A stretch of 64,000 nucleotides of DNA, taken from the NCBI GenBank assembly GCA_964490875.1, contig CAZBEF010000007.1, positions 5,241 to 69,240 on the forward strand, written 5' to 3'. The stretch comes from an uncultured Gammaproteobacteria bacterium (lineage in GTDB: Bacteria; Patescibacteriota; Microgenomatia; UBA1406; GWC2-37-13). Below the pieces are notes generated by a model, which was given only the letters and a program-made list of their open reading frames with translations, searched no databases and was not told the DNA's origin. Made by a program: the position numbers and the translations under genes. Position 1 is the stretch's first letter. Each line of letters opens with the position of its first letter. This document shows, piece by piece, positions 1-10,237 of the stretch.

Positions 1-1
1 A

Positions 2-3000
2 TCAAGTGGAACATACAATTTATCCAGTCTTGCTTCAGGATTGGTGAAATCAACTTCGGGAATATTATCAGCAGCCGTGGCAGGAACAGATTATCAATCA
101 GCACTATCATTCTCAAATGGTCTCACCTTATCGTCAAACACTGTTACACTCGGCGGTGCATTAACAGCCAACACCACATTGTCAGATGGAGGATTTAATT
201 TGTACTTTGCCGGATCGACCGGAAAACTCGGAGTAGGAACAACTGCACCGGGAGCAAAACTGCATGTAGAAGGAAACGGAACGTATTCTGCATTATTCAC
301 GTCTGGAAATGTGGGAATTGGGACAACGGCACCATCATCATTATTTGCCGTAGGCAGCACTTCACAATTCCAAGTCAATAGTTCTGGAGCGATTGCCGCC
401 GCGACAGGAATAACCTCAAGTGGAACATATAATCTATCCAGTCTTGCTTCAGGACTCGTGAAGTCGACTTCGGGAATATTATCAGCAGCATCAGCAGGAA
501 CCGATTACATGGCAGCAACGTCGTTCTCCAATGGGTTAACATTATCGTCAAACACAGTAACGTTAGGTGGAGCATTAACAGGAAATACAACATTAACAAT
601 TGGGACCAATACCTTTGCAATCGCAGGGGGAGCAGGGAAGGTTGGGATTGGCACTTCTGCTCCGGGATCGAAGTTGTCAGTTTCGGGTGGAGTTGCTATC
701 GGTACCACATCAGTGAGTTCAACATATCATTCATCGATAGCTCCAGATGGTGGATTAATTGTTGAAGGGAATGTCGGGATCGGAATCTCATCACCTGCAG
801 CCAAGTTACATGTTACCGGCAACGGAACGAATGCTGCAATATTTGCTTCCGGAAATGTGGGTATAGGAACTACAGCTCCATCATCATTGTTAGCTGTAGG
901 TTCCACATCACAGTTTCAAGTGAATTCTACAGGTGCAATCGCAGCCGCAACAGGCATTACGTCATCGGGAACATATAACTTATCAAGCTTAGGAACAGGT
1001 CTGGTAAAATCAACGTCCGGAATTCTTTCTGTAGCATCGGCGGGGACAGATTATCAGGCAGCATTATCATTCAGTAATGGATTAACAGCATCAGGAAATA
1101 CGGTTACACTCGGTGGAGCATTAACAGCCAACACTACATTGTCCGATGGAGGATTTAACTTAAATTTTGCCGGATCAACGGGGAAGATGGGAGTTGGAAC
1201 CACTGCACCGGGCGCCAAGCTCCATGTAGCGGGAAATAATACAACCTCCGCAGTATTTATGGCGGGTAATGTTGGAATTGGCACCACCGCGCCCGGATCA
1301 TTATTAGAACTGGTAGATACCGGGACAACCACGAATTCATTCAACTTAACATCAAATAGTATCACGACCGGTATAGCGTTGAATATGAATTTGAACAGCT
1401 TAACTTCAGGGAAAGGATTGTACATTGGATCAACATCAACAGCACTCACCACCGGGAACTTAATTAATGTAGATTGGAGTCCGACTGCAACAACCAATGC
1501 AACAGGAGACTTGATGGTGATTGGAATTGGATCATCAGGAAATATTGGGAATATATTCAACATTAAAGACTCAGGGAGTTCATTGTTCTCCGTATCCGAG
1601 AGCCAGGTAACATCCAACCTTCCGGCATCATTTAATGCACCAGGGGACACTTCATTTGCCTATGATATAAACTTAACAAATAGTACATCGTCAAATATTA
1701 AATCAAACGGTCCATTATATATTAAAGCAGGCGATACATTTGAGAGTAATGACTTAACACTGCGGACCTACAATGCAGGAAACCTGGCAATAGATCTAAC
1801 AGGAACCGGGAGTGCGGTACAGATAACGGGGACCGACACATCATTGGTATTTGATACCCGGACAGCCGGAGATACCGATTACTGGATGGGGATACAAGAC
1901 AATGCGAATAGTACTGATGATGATTTGTTTGTCATTGGTAAAACAACTACACCTGGTTCAAATGCTTTCATAAGCTTAAACACAAATGGGAATGTCGGTA
2001 TTGGAACTACAGCTGCAGGTGCAAAGTTGCAAGTTACTGGTAATGGAACCAATTCAGCAGTATTTATGAGCGGGAATGTCGGGATCAATACCACCTCACC
2101 GTCGTACATGCTGGCTGTTGGATCAGCATCACAGTTTGGGGTTAATTCGTCGGGAGCAATCGCAGCAGCAACAGGAATCACATCCAGTGGAACGATAACA
2201 TTCTCAGGACTGGGGAGCGGACTGGTGAAGTCAACAGCCGGAGTATTGAGTAATGCAGTAGCCGGGACAGATTATCTTGCTGCTATGTCGTTTACGAATG
2301 GACTGACGCTTTCATCCAATACGGTAACGTTAGGTGGAGCATTAACAGCAAATACTACGATTTCAGACGGAGGATTTAATTTGTACTTTGCGGGATCAAC
2401 CGGAAAACTCGGAGTAGGAACAACTGCACCGGGAGCAAAACTGCATGTAGAAGGAAACGGAACGTATTCTGCATTATTCACGTCTGGAAATGTGGGAATT
2501 GGGACAACGGCACCATCATCATTATTTGCCGTAGGCAGCACTTCACAATTCCAAGTCAATAGTTCTGGAGCGATTGCCGCCGCGACAGGAATAACCTCAA
2601 GTGGAACATATAATCTATCCAGTCTTGCTTCAGGACTCGTGAAGTCGACTTCGGGAATATTATCAGCAGCATCAGCAGGAACCGATTACATGGCAGCAAC
2701 GTCGTTCTCCAATGGGTTAACATTATCGTCAAACACAGTAACGTTAGGTGGAGCATTAACAGGAAATACAACATTAACAATTGGGACCAATACCTTTGCA
2801 ATCGCAGGGGGAGCAGGGAAGGTTGGGATTGGCACTTCTGCTCCGGGATCGAAGTTGTCAGTTTCGGGTGGAGTTGCTATCGGTACCACATCAGTGAGTT
2901 CAACATATCATTCATCGATAGCTCCAGATGGTGGATTAATTGTTGAAGGGAATGTCGGGATCGGAATCTCATCACCTGCAGCCAAGTTACATGTTACCGG

Positions 3001-6000
3001 CAACGGAACGAATGCTGCAATATTTGCTTCCGGAAATGTTGGAATTGGCACAACGGCACCAGGGGCGGCACTAGATGTTGTAGGTGATCAGTTGATAAGC
3101 GGAGGACTTGCAGTAGGATTTGCCGGCGATGGCCAGGATGATCGGTTATATGTAGGAGATGCTGCTTTCTATATGGACTTAGGAAATGCAGTTGCAGGGA
3201 GTGCATTAATAGGATTTGACACAACCGATTATTTGGAATATAACAGAGCAGGAAATAGATATTCCTTCTTTGTTGGTGGAACTGAAATGACACGAATTGA
3301 TGGTACTGCATTAAATGCAAATGTTATTCATGATATTTCTGGAGGAAATATTGCATTACAGGATGATGCAGGAAATGTTGGTATTGGAACCACTGCACCT
3401 GGGGCGAAATTACATGTATTAGGCGATGGTACAAAATCTGCTGTATTTATGAGCGGCAATGTTGGAATAAATACCACCTCACCGTCGTACATGTTAGCCG
3501 TTGGATCAGCATCACAATTTGGTGTTAATTCATCAGGAGCAGTGGCAGCGGCAACGGGTATTACTTCTTCCGGAACAATCACCTTTTCAAGTTTGGGATC
3601 AGGTCTGGTGAAGTCAACAGGTGGAGTACTGGGAGTTGCTTCAGCCGGTACCGATTATCAGGCAGCATTATCGTTCAGTAATGGATTAACAGCATCAGGA
3701 AATACGGTTACACTCGGTGGAGCGTTAACAGGAAACACTACATTGTCAGATGGAGGATTTAACTTAAATTTTGCTGGATCAACGGGGAAGATGGGAATAG
3801 GTACAACATCACCGGCAGCGAAACTGCATGTACTGGGAAATGGAACAACAGCAGCAGTATTTACATCAGGGAATGTCGGGATCGGTACGACACTTCCTGG
3901 ATCGTTGTTTGAGCTGGTAGATACCGGGACGACAACGAATTCATTTAACTTAACTTCAAATAGTATCACGACCGGTATTGCCTTAAACATGAATCTCAAT
4001 AGTTTGACGAGTGGGAAAGGATTGTACATTGGATCAACTTCAACCGCACTCACCACCGGGAACTTAATCAATGTAGACTGGAGTCCGACTGCAACAACCA
4101 ATGCAACAGGAGACCTGATGGTGATTGGAATTGGATCATCAGGAAATATTGGGAACATCTTCAACATTAAAGATTCAGGAAGTTCATTGTTCTCGGTATC
4201 CGAGAGCCAGGTAACGTCAAACTTACCGGCATCATTTAATGCCGCAGGGGACACATCGTTTGCCTATGACATCAGCCTCACCAATGAAGTAGCAAGCTAC
4301 ATAAAGTCGAATGGGCCGATGTATATACAGGCAGGGGACAGTTATGAGAGTAATGACTTAACACTGCGGACCTACAATGCAGGAAACCTGGCAATAGATC
4401 TAACAGGAACCGGGAGTGCGGTACAGATAACGGGGACCGACACATCATTGGTATTTGATACCCGGACAGCCGGAGATACCGATTACTGGATGGGGATACA
4501 AGACAATGCGAATAGTACTGATGATGATTTGTTTATGATCGGGAAGTCTCTCACCAGTGGATCGAGTCCATTTGTGGTGATTAATACCAATGGGAATGTA
4601 GGGATAGGCACAACTGCTCCTGGTGCGAAGTTCCATGTTTTGGGAAATGGAACCAATTCAGCAGTATTTATGAGCGGGAATGTCGGGATCAATACCACTT
4701 CACCGTCGTACATGCTGGCCGTTGGATCCGCATCACAGTTTGGGGTTAATTCATCGGGAGCAATCGCAGCGGCAACAGGAATCACATCCAGTGGAACGAT
4801 AACATTCTCAGGACTCGGGAGCGGACTGGTGAAATCAACAGCCGGAGTTTTATCAGTCGGTGCTGCAGGAACAGATTATCAAGCGCCATTATCATTCTCC
4901 AATGGTCTTACCCTTTCATCAAATACGGTAACACTGGGTGGAGCATTAACAGCGAACACGACATTATCAGACGGAGGATTTAATCTGTTATTTGCCGGAT
5001 CAACCGGAAGAATGGGAATTGGAACGACATCGCCGGGAGCAAAACTTCACGTATTGGGTAATGGTACGTATGCAGCATTATTCACGTCTGGAAATGTTGG
5101 AATTGGCACCACCGCACCAGCTGCAGCTTTGAATATTCTTTCAACCGGTGATCAGCTGCGACTTGATTACGATTCAACAATTGGAACCACACTTGGGACA
5201 GGGAGTGATTCGGTTTTTGATATTAAAGGTGTTGCACATGCAGCTTTCCGAGTAAGTTCAGCTACCGGCAATACAGAAAAGAATTTCTATTTCCAGGATT
5301 ATGCAGGAGTCAACGGAAATAATTATTTCTTCCGAGTAGCGAATAATGATTCATTTGGAATGAATATGAATAGAAACAATGCCGGCGATGATCCAGATTT
5401 AGGGGTCAGTTCGTATGGTGCTGTGAAATTAAGTTATGATGCGAACAATGATGGTAACGAAGGTTTGGGTATTTACAACAATGGTGGATTGACTCCTGTA
5501 CTCTATGCCGATCAGAATGGAAATATCGGATTAGGAACAAACGCTCCTTCCCAGGCATTGGATTTTGCGGGAGCGTCGGCTAACCTTACATTCTCAAGTG
5601 CTACGGGACCTCATAGAATAATGACGGGCGGCTCAACACACTTAGCATTAATGCCAGGCGGCAATGTCGGAATTAATACCACGGCGCCTTCATATTTACT
5701 CTCAGTTGGATCAACATCACAGTTTGGAGTTAATTCATCGGGAGCAGTGGCAGCGGCAACAGGAATTACTTCTTCAGGAACTATCACCTTCTCCGGACTT
5801 GGGACTGGACTGGTGAAATCAACATCTGGAGTATTGAGTAATGCAGTAGCAGGTACCGATTATCAAGCAGCATTATCATTCAGTAATGGATTAACAGCAT
5901 CAGGAAATACTGTCACACTCGGTGGAGCATTAACAGCCAACACTACATTGTCCGATGGAGGATTTAACTTAAATTTTGCCGGCTCAACGGGGAAGATGGG

Positions 6001-8509
6001 AATAGGTACAACATCACCGGCAGCGAAACTGCATGTACTGGGAAATGGAACAACAGCAGCAGTATTTACATCAGGGAATGTCGGGATCGGTACGACACTT
6101 CCTGGATCGTTGTTTGAGCTGGTAGATACCGGAACAACCACCAACTCATTTAACTTAACATCAAACTCAATAACCACCGGTATAGCGTTGAATATGAATT
6201 TGAACAGCTTGACGAGTGGGAAAGGATTGTACATTGGCTCAACTTCAACCGCATTAACAACGGGGAACTTAATCAATGTAGACTGGAGTCCGACAGCTAC
6301 AACAACAGCAACGGGAGACTTAGTAGTTATCGGTATTGGATCATCCGGAAACTTGGGTAATATCTTCAATATCAAAGATTCAGGAAATTCACTCTTTAGT
6401 GTCTCAGAAACACAGATTACTTCGGCATTGCCGCATGCATTTACTGCAGCAGGCGATGTTTCGGTTGCATATGACATGCTCTTTACCAACCAGACATCAA
6501 GTTATATCAAGTCGAATGGTCCGTTATATATAGAATCGGGTGAAGCATTTGAAAACAATAATTTAACGTTGAAAACATATGGCAGTGGAAATCTGCTGGT
6601 TGACTTAACAGGAACGGGCAGTTCAGTACAGATTACCGGGACAGATACCACCCTAAAGTTTGATACCCGGACAGCGGGAGATACCGATTTCTGGATGGGA
6701 GTACAGGATGACGCCGGAGCAGATGATGACGACAAACTACAGATTGGCAAAAGCTTAACCGGCGGATCAATACCTTTTATGACATTTAATGTCAATGGAA
6801 ATGTAGGTATAGCAACAACATCACCTGCTTCAAAACTCACCGTCTCTGGAGGTCTTTCTGTAGGAACATCATCTGTATCCTCTGCATATCTTACGAAGTT
6901 AGCTCCAGACGGCGGCGCGTTATTTGAAGGAAACGTTGGAGTAGGTACCACTAATCCAAACTTTAAAGTCTCGTTTGTCGGAACAGCAGCTTCACCAATT
7001 CTTGCAGTAACCAATCTTGCCAGTACAAATGCAAGTACCACAACATTAGTACGCTTAAATATTGGTACTGCAACTGGTGCAGCAAGTACCAATGCTCGCT
7101 TTATCCAATTCTATGCAGGAGCTACGGCAGATAATAATGGTACAGGAGTAGGTTATATAAACCTCAACAACACTGGTGTGCAATATCAGACGGGCGGCGC
7201 AGATTTTGCTGAATACTTTAATGTTGAAGGCACAACACAAGACGGTGATATTATAGCCAACATCGTAGATGTAAATAAGAAAGCCGTGGAATCCCAGCCT
7301 ATATTAGGTGTAGTCTCTGATACTTCTGGATTTGTCGGAAATTCAAGAAATGATAATAAGACTGAAACAATTGTCGGCTTGCTTGGACAAATCAGTGTGA
7401 AAGTTTCGACAATTAACGGTATTATCAAGAAAGGTGATCATATAACTTCAAGTACAATTGCCGGAGTTGGACGGAAAATGACATCTGCAGGATTCACTGT
7501 AGGTAAAGCTTTGGAAGACTTTGATCCGGCCAATGGAAAAGGCACGCAGATTGCCTGCCCAGATGGTTCTCCAAATGGTGTTATCTGTGGAAAAATAAAT
7601 GTCTTGGTAAGTCCGTCTTGGTATGATCCGGGAGTATTCTTAACATCAAGCGGTACAATATCCACGGGCTCAACTTCGCCGGCTCCAACTGTCCAGAGTC
7701 TTTCAGCAGAAATTTCAGCATTGGATGAAAAAGTATCGAGTATGGCCGCCAAACTTGACGAAGTTATAAACAGCACATCGGTTACCAATGTTGCTTCATT
7801 ATCCGGCCGAATCGACAATTTGGAACAGCGCGCCAACCAGACAGATTCTGCCGTAGCTTCTATGTCGGCCCGTTTATCATTCCTGGAACAGCAATTGTTA
7901 GGAAGTAATTCCGCAGTCCTTGGTACGGCTACGGGCAGTGCATTATTTACCGAAGATCAGGTGGCAACCATTGCAGCTCTCACAGTCAGCGGCAAAACAA
8001 ACCTGTATGATCTGGGTGTAACCGGAACAATCAACAATGGTCTTCTTAATATCAACGGATTCGACGATACCTTAGCAACACCGGCTGCGACAATAAACAC
8101 GTTTGGCGGCGCGCTTAAGATTCAGTCTTCGGCGCTTGCGAATGTTGATTTCATGGACGGCAAAGTAATCATCGATACCGATGGCAATATCAAAACAACC
8201 GGTACTATTACCGCTAAGAAAGTCCAGACAGAGAAGCTTGAGATTCTTGATCCAGACGCCAACAACGTGGCAACCACGAGTGCCGTAGTTACCAAGAGTA
8301 TTGGTGAAGGAGTTCTGAAGGCGGGAACAACCAAAATTGTAATCGATACAACTGCAATCACGGCTAACTCCATAGTATTTGTGACAGCCAAGACCAAAAC
8401 CAATGTGCCTCTGGCGGTAACCAGTCAGATAATCGGCGATTCATTCACCGTAGAAGTACCCACAGCACCAGCAACGGATGTGAAGTTTAACTGGTGGGTA
8501 GTGAATTAA
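2..8509 (+). CDS. giant repetitive tail-fibre-like surface protein, 5'-partial (more than 2,835 aa)
   Basis: The frame stays open from the window edge (SSGTYNLSSLASGLVKS precedes the track start at 41) to TAA at 8507-8509. The protein is G/T/S/N-rich. It has a recurring unit GNVGIGTTAPxAKLHVxGNGT..SQFxVNSSGAIAAATGITSSGT..GLVKSTxGxLS..AGTDY, as in phage tail-fibre-like proteins. The C-terminus carries a GGADFAEYF motif and a coiled-coil-like stretch. Confidence 0.85.
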   Translation, partial: SSGTYNLSSLASGLVKSTSGILSAAVAGTDYQSALSFSNGLTLSSNTVTLGGALTANTTLSDGGFNLYFAGSTGKLGVGTTAPGAKLHVEGNGTYSALFTSGNVGIGTTAPSSLFAVGSTSQFQVNSSGAIAAATGITSSGTYNLSSLASGLVKSTSGILSAASAGTDYMAATSFSNGLTLSSNTVTLGGALTGNTTLTIGTNTFAIAGGAGKVGIGTSAPGSKLSVSGGVAIGTTSVSSTYHSSIAPDGGLIVEGNVGIGISSPAAKLHVTGNGTNAAIFASGNVGIGTTAPSSLLAVGSTSQFQVNSTGAIAAATGITSSGTYNLSSLGTGLVKSTSGILSVASAGTDYQAALSFSNGLTASGNTVTLGGALTANTTLSDGGFNLNFAGSTGKMGVGTTAPGAKLHVAGNNTTSAVFMAGNVGIGTTAPGSLLELVDTGTTTNSFNLTSNSITTGIALNMNLNSLTSGKGLYIGSTSTALTTGNLINVDWSPTATTNATGDLMVIGIGSSGNIGNIFNIKDSGSSLFSVSESQVTSNLPASFNAPGDTSFAYDINLTNSTSSNIKSNGPLYIKAGDTFESNDLTLRTYNAGNLAIDLTGTGSAVQITGTDTSLVFDTRTAGDTDYWMGIQDNANSTDDDLFVIGKTTTPGSNAFISLNTNGNVGIGTTAAGAKLQVTGNGTNSAVFMSGNVGINTTSPSYMLAVGSASQFGVNSSGAIAAATGITSSGTITFSGLGSGLVKSTAGVLSNAVAGTDYLAAMSFTNGLTLSSNTVTLGGALTANTTISDGGFNLYFAGSTGKLGVGTTAPGAKLHVEGNGTYSALFTSGNVGIGTTAPSSLFAVGSTSQFQVNSSGAIAAATGITSSGTYNLSSLASGLVKSTSGILSAASAGTDYMAATSFSNGLTLSSNTVTLGGALTGNTTLTIGTNTFAIAGGAGKVGIGTSAPGSKLSVSGGVAIGTTSVSSTYHSSIAPDGGLIVEGNVGIGISSPAAKLHVTGNGTNAAIFASGNVGIGTTAPGAALDVVGDQLISGGLAVGFAGDGQDDRLYVGDAAFYMDLGNAVAGSALIGFDTTDYLEYNRAGNRYSFFVGGTEMTRIDGTALNANVIHDISGGNIALQDDAGNVGIGTTAPGAKLHVLGDGTKSAVFMSGNVGINTTSPSYMLAVGSASQFGVNSSGAVAAATGITSSGTITFSSLGSGLVKSTGGVLGVASAGTDYQAALSFSNGLTASGNTVTLGGALTGNTTLSDGGFNLNFAGSTGKMGIGTTSPAAKLHVLGNGTTAAVFTSGNVGIGTTLPGSLFELVDTGTTTNSFNLTSNSITTGIALNMNLNSLTSGKGLYIGSTSTALTTGNLINVDWSPTATTNATGDLMVIGIGSSGNIGNIFNIKDSGSSLFSVSESQVTSNLPASFNAAGDTSFAYDISLTNEVASYIKSNGPMYIQAGDSYESNDLTLRTYNAGNLAIDLTGTGSAVQITGTDTSLVFDTRTAGDTDYWMGIQDNANSTDDDLFMIGKSLTSGSSPFVVINTNGNVGIGTTAPGAKFHVLGNGTNSAVFMSGNVGINTTSPSYMLAVGSASQFGVNSSGAIAAATGITSSGTITFSGLGSGLVKSTAGVLSVGAAGTDYQAPLSFSNGLTLSSNTVTLGGALTANTTLSDGGFNLLFAGSTGRMGIGTTSPGAKLHVLGNGTYAALFTSGNVGIGTTAPAAALNILSTGDQLRLDYDSTIGTTLGTGSDSVFDIKGVAHAAFRVSSATGNTEKNFYFQDYAGVNGNNYFFRVANNDSFGMNMNRNNAGDDPDLGVSSYGAVKLSYDANNDGNEGLGIYNNGGLTPVLYADQNGNIGLGTNAPSQALDFAGASANLTFSSATGPHRIMTGGSTHLALMPGGNVGINTTAPSYLLSVGSTSQFGVNSSGAVAAATGITSSGTITFSGLGTGLVKSTSGVLSNAVAGTDYQAALSFSNGLTASGNTVTLGGALTANTTLSDGGFNLNFAGSTGKMGIGTTSPAAKLHVLGNGTTAAVFTSGNVGIGTTLPGSLFELVDTGTTTNSFNLTSNSITTGIALNMNLNSLTSGKGLYIGSTSTALTTGNLINVDWSPTATTTATGDLVVIGIGSSGNLGNIFNIKDSGNSLFSVSETQITSALPHAFTAAGDVSVAYDMLFTNQTSSYIKSNGPLYIESGEAFENNNLTLKTYGSGNLLVDLTGTGSSVQITGTDTTLKFDTRTAGDTDFWMGVQDDAGADDDDKLQIGKSLTGGSIPFMTFNVNGNVGIATTSPASKLTVSGGLSVGTSSVSSAYLTKLAPDGGALFEGNVGVGTTNPNFKVSFVGTAASPILAVTNLASTNASTTTLVRLNIGTATGAASTNARFIQFYAGATADNNGTGVGYINLNNTGVQYQTGGADFAEYFNVEGTTQDGDIIANIVDVNKKAVESQPILGVVSDTSGFVGNSRNDNKTETIVGLLGQISVKVSTINGIIKKGDHITSSTIAGVGRKMTSAGFTVGKALEDFDPANGKGTQIACPDGSPNGVICGKINVLVSPSWYDPGVFLTSSGTISTGSTSPAPTVQSLSAEISALDEKVSSMAAKLDEVINSTSVTNVASLSGRIDNLEQRANQTDSAVASMSARLSFLEQQLLGSNSAVLGTATGSALFTEDQVATIAALTVSGKTNLYDLGVTGTINNGLLNINGFDDTLATPAATINTFGGALKIQSSALANVDFMDGKVIIDTDGNIKTTGTITAKKVQTEKLEILDPDANNVATTSAVVTKSIGEGVLKAGTTKIVIDTTAITANSIVFVTAKTKTNVPLAVTSQIIGDSFTVEVPTAPATDVKFNWWVVN
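189..858 (+). repeat. intragenic direct repeat R1, copy a (670 bp)
   Basis: Matches 2370-3039 at an offset of 2181 with about 2 mismatches near the 5' end. The antisense track ORFs 375-620 and 2556-2801 are identical. Confidence 0.9.
1049..2250 (+). repeat. intragenic direct repeat R2, copy a (~1.2 kb module)
   Basis: Offset 2604 to copy b and 4809 to copy c. About 90% aa identity across LSFSNGLTASGNTVTLGG...TAGDTDYWMGIQDNA...NGNVGIGTT. Confidence 0.85.
2370..3039 (+). repeat. intragenic direct repeat R1, copy b
   Basis: See copy a. Identity ends at 858/3039. Confidence 0.9.
3653..4854 (+). repeat. intragenic direct repeat R2, copy b
   Basis: See copy a. Shares stretches identical with copy c that copy a lacks (for example GKMGIGTTSPAAKLHVLGNGTTAAVFTSGNVGIGTTLPGSLFELVD). 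Confidence 0.85.
5858..6700 (+). repeat. intragenic direct repeat R2, copy c (partial, more diverged 3' half)
   Basis: See copies a and b. Confidence 0.75.
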
Positions 8510-8643
8510 AAGGATCACGAAATGGTATTGGAATAACCTCGAAGACTATTATCGTTAAAATAATTTCTGCGTTTAGGAAGAATATACACCGCAATAAATA
8601 ATGCGAATAGATATATTAAGTGATTACTTTGATATATATATTT

Positions 8644-10065
8644 TTACTGTTTTGCGCATGGCCATGAAGGCTTGACCGAAGAATTGGTGCAGTATTCGTC
8701 GGGCGAGCAGTAGCGTGAATCGCCGTCGGTGCAGGTGAACCCATTATTAGGCATCTGTCCTCCCGGTGTTGTGCAGGTGCATGTTACTTGTGAACCTGTC
8801 GGCCCTGGAGTGCTTGTTGGTTGAATACCGCCGGTCGTTGTCGGTGAAGGAACTTGTGCCGTAGTTGTTGGTGTGGGGGAAGGGAGTACCGAAGTTGGCG
8901 TCGGCGAAGGAAGCGGAACAAACGGATCACGGTTTTCTTTTAAAGTAGCTTTCGATAAATTACTTTCTTTTGTGAAAAATATCAGAGGACCGCCTTCTCC
9001 TGGCGCCGCTCCTTCTGAAAAAATATAATAGCTGACAAATAATCCGTTTGTACCATCTGGAAGACTGATGTTGGAAACGCTTGGATTTGCAAACGCAATG
9101 CTCCGGTTGTGAGTATAGGGATCGAGTTGAACAATCTTGCCGTTTTTAACATCGTACAAGAAGCTTCTCCATGATTCCCACGCATCTTTGGTAATTTGAG
9201 CTTCGTACACATTGTAATCTAATGTTCCATACTTACTGTTGGTGAACTTAAATTTAAAATCATCACGATCGCCGTAATTTCCGGTATAACCAATGCTTTT
9301 AAAGTAGTTGTTAATCATGGTATTGGTGGCAGATTTCCAGGTTTTCCAGCTTGTAAGCGAGCCTGTGGCATTTTTATCTGAAACAGAGTCGTAATAATGA
9401 AAACCTAGTTTGATTGTTGAGTTGGTCCAGTCCTGAGTATTATGAATTTTGTCGAAGGCCTTTTTATTTACCGAAAGAAAGTTTGGAGTACCTTCGTTGG
9501 TTCGGGATAATGTGCGGGGAAGATCTTTTTCAGAAAGATACTGGCCGAGAAGAAGGCTTTCATAATTTTTATAATGGCGGATACGAATACCGCTTGATGT
9601 GGACGTGAATTTTTCATATGTTACGAGGTAGTCGCCTTCGGGAAATACCATTATGTCGGCGTGTGTTGCATTGGTGTCTATATCGCCTTTATATGTCCAG
9701 TTCAGTAAGTCGGTAGATTCAGCGATTTTCACCGTAAACACACCATTCACGTTTGTATGATAAATGCCGACATACTTTCGGAAAGCGAAAGGCTGAATAA
9801 CTTTGATAGCGTCCAGTGAATTACCGTTTGAATCTTTTGCCGTATATTTAAAGCCGCTTGAAGCGCGAACATCTTCTATAAGCAAAGCAAGTTTCTGAAA
9901 TTCTGTCATGGTAGCCAAAATTGTCTGCAATGTTCGGATAGGTGTGGGTGAAGGCGACATGGTGGCAGCTCGTGAGAATGAGACGGCACGGTAAATAAGG
10001 ATGGACATGGTAAGGAGGGAAACCAAGAAAAGAGCAACGCCTATGATGATAATTTTTTTATGCAT
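8644..10065 (-). CDS. secreted protein, possible beta-propeller glycoside-hydrolase-like domain, with PT-rich linker and Cys-rich C-terminal module
   Basis: The start was chosen at MHKKIIIIGVALFLVSLL (signal anchor). An extended -10 (TGgTACAAT, 10084-10092) lies downstream of the longer track starts. The motif STDLLNW resembles 5-bladed propeller GH families. The C-terminus has SPTPT-rich repeats followed by 8 Cys. Confidence 0.6.
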   Translation of the reverse strand: MHKKIIIIGVALFLVSLLTMSILIYRAVSFSRAATMSPSPTPIRTLQTILATMTEFQKLALLIEDVRASSGFKYTAKDSNGNSLDAIKVIQPFAFRKYVGIYHTNVNGVFTVKIAESTDLLNWTYKGDIDTNATHADIMVFPEGDYLVTYEKFTSTSSGIRIRHYKNYESLLLGQYLSEKDLPRTLSRTNEGTPNFLSVNKKAFDKIHNTQDWTNSTIKLGFHYYDSVSDKNATGSLTSWKTWKSATNTMINNYFKSIGYTGNYGDRDDFKFKFTNSKYGTLDYNVYEAQITKDAWESWRSFLYDVKNGKIVQLDPYTHNRSIAFANPSVSNISLPDGTNGLFVSYYIFSEGAAPGEGGPLIFFTKESNLSKATLKENRDPFVPLPSPTPTSVLPSPTPTTTAQVPSPTTTGGIQPTSTPGPTGSQVTCTCTTPGGQMPNNGFTCTDGDSRYCSPDEYCTNSSVKPSWPCAKQ

Positions 10066-10237
10066 AGGTAAAGAAATTACCTCATTGTACCACATGAAAA
10101 AGTGTGTGGTATATGTCAAATTTATGAAAGATACCCATTTGTAATTTCCAGTAGCTATAATGAATAGTGTTTAATATAATATAGGACATAAATTGAGGGT
10201 AATTTAAATATATTTTACGTTCGTTTAGATTCTATAT

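Noticed and set aside
94-8403. Many long minus-strand ORFs inside the giant fibre gene (for example 1054-1650, 3658-4254, 5863-6489, 6502-7092, 7438-7836)
   Set aside because: They are antisense shadows of a compositionally biased repeat gene. They repeat exactly where the sense repeats do, have low-complexity P/V/N-rich translations and no start signals. The 8.5-kb sense frame is the only uninterrupted one.
1-8509. A prophage or phage remnant, suggested by the tail-fibre-like protein
   Set aside because: No capsid, terminase, portal, baseplate, integrase or lysis genes are nearby. The neighbours are secreted cellular proteins.
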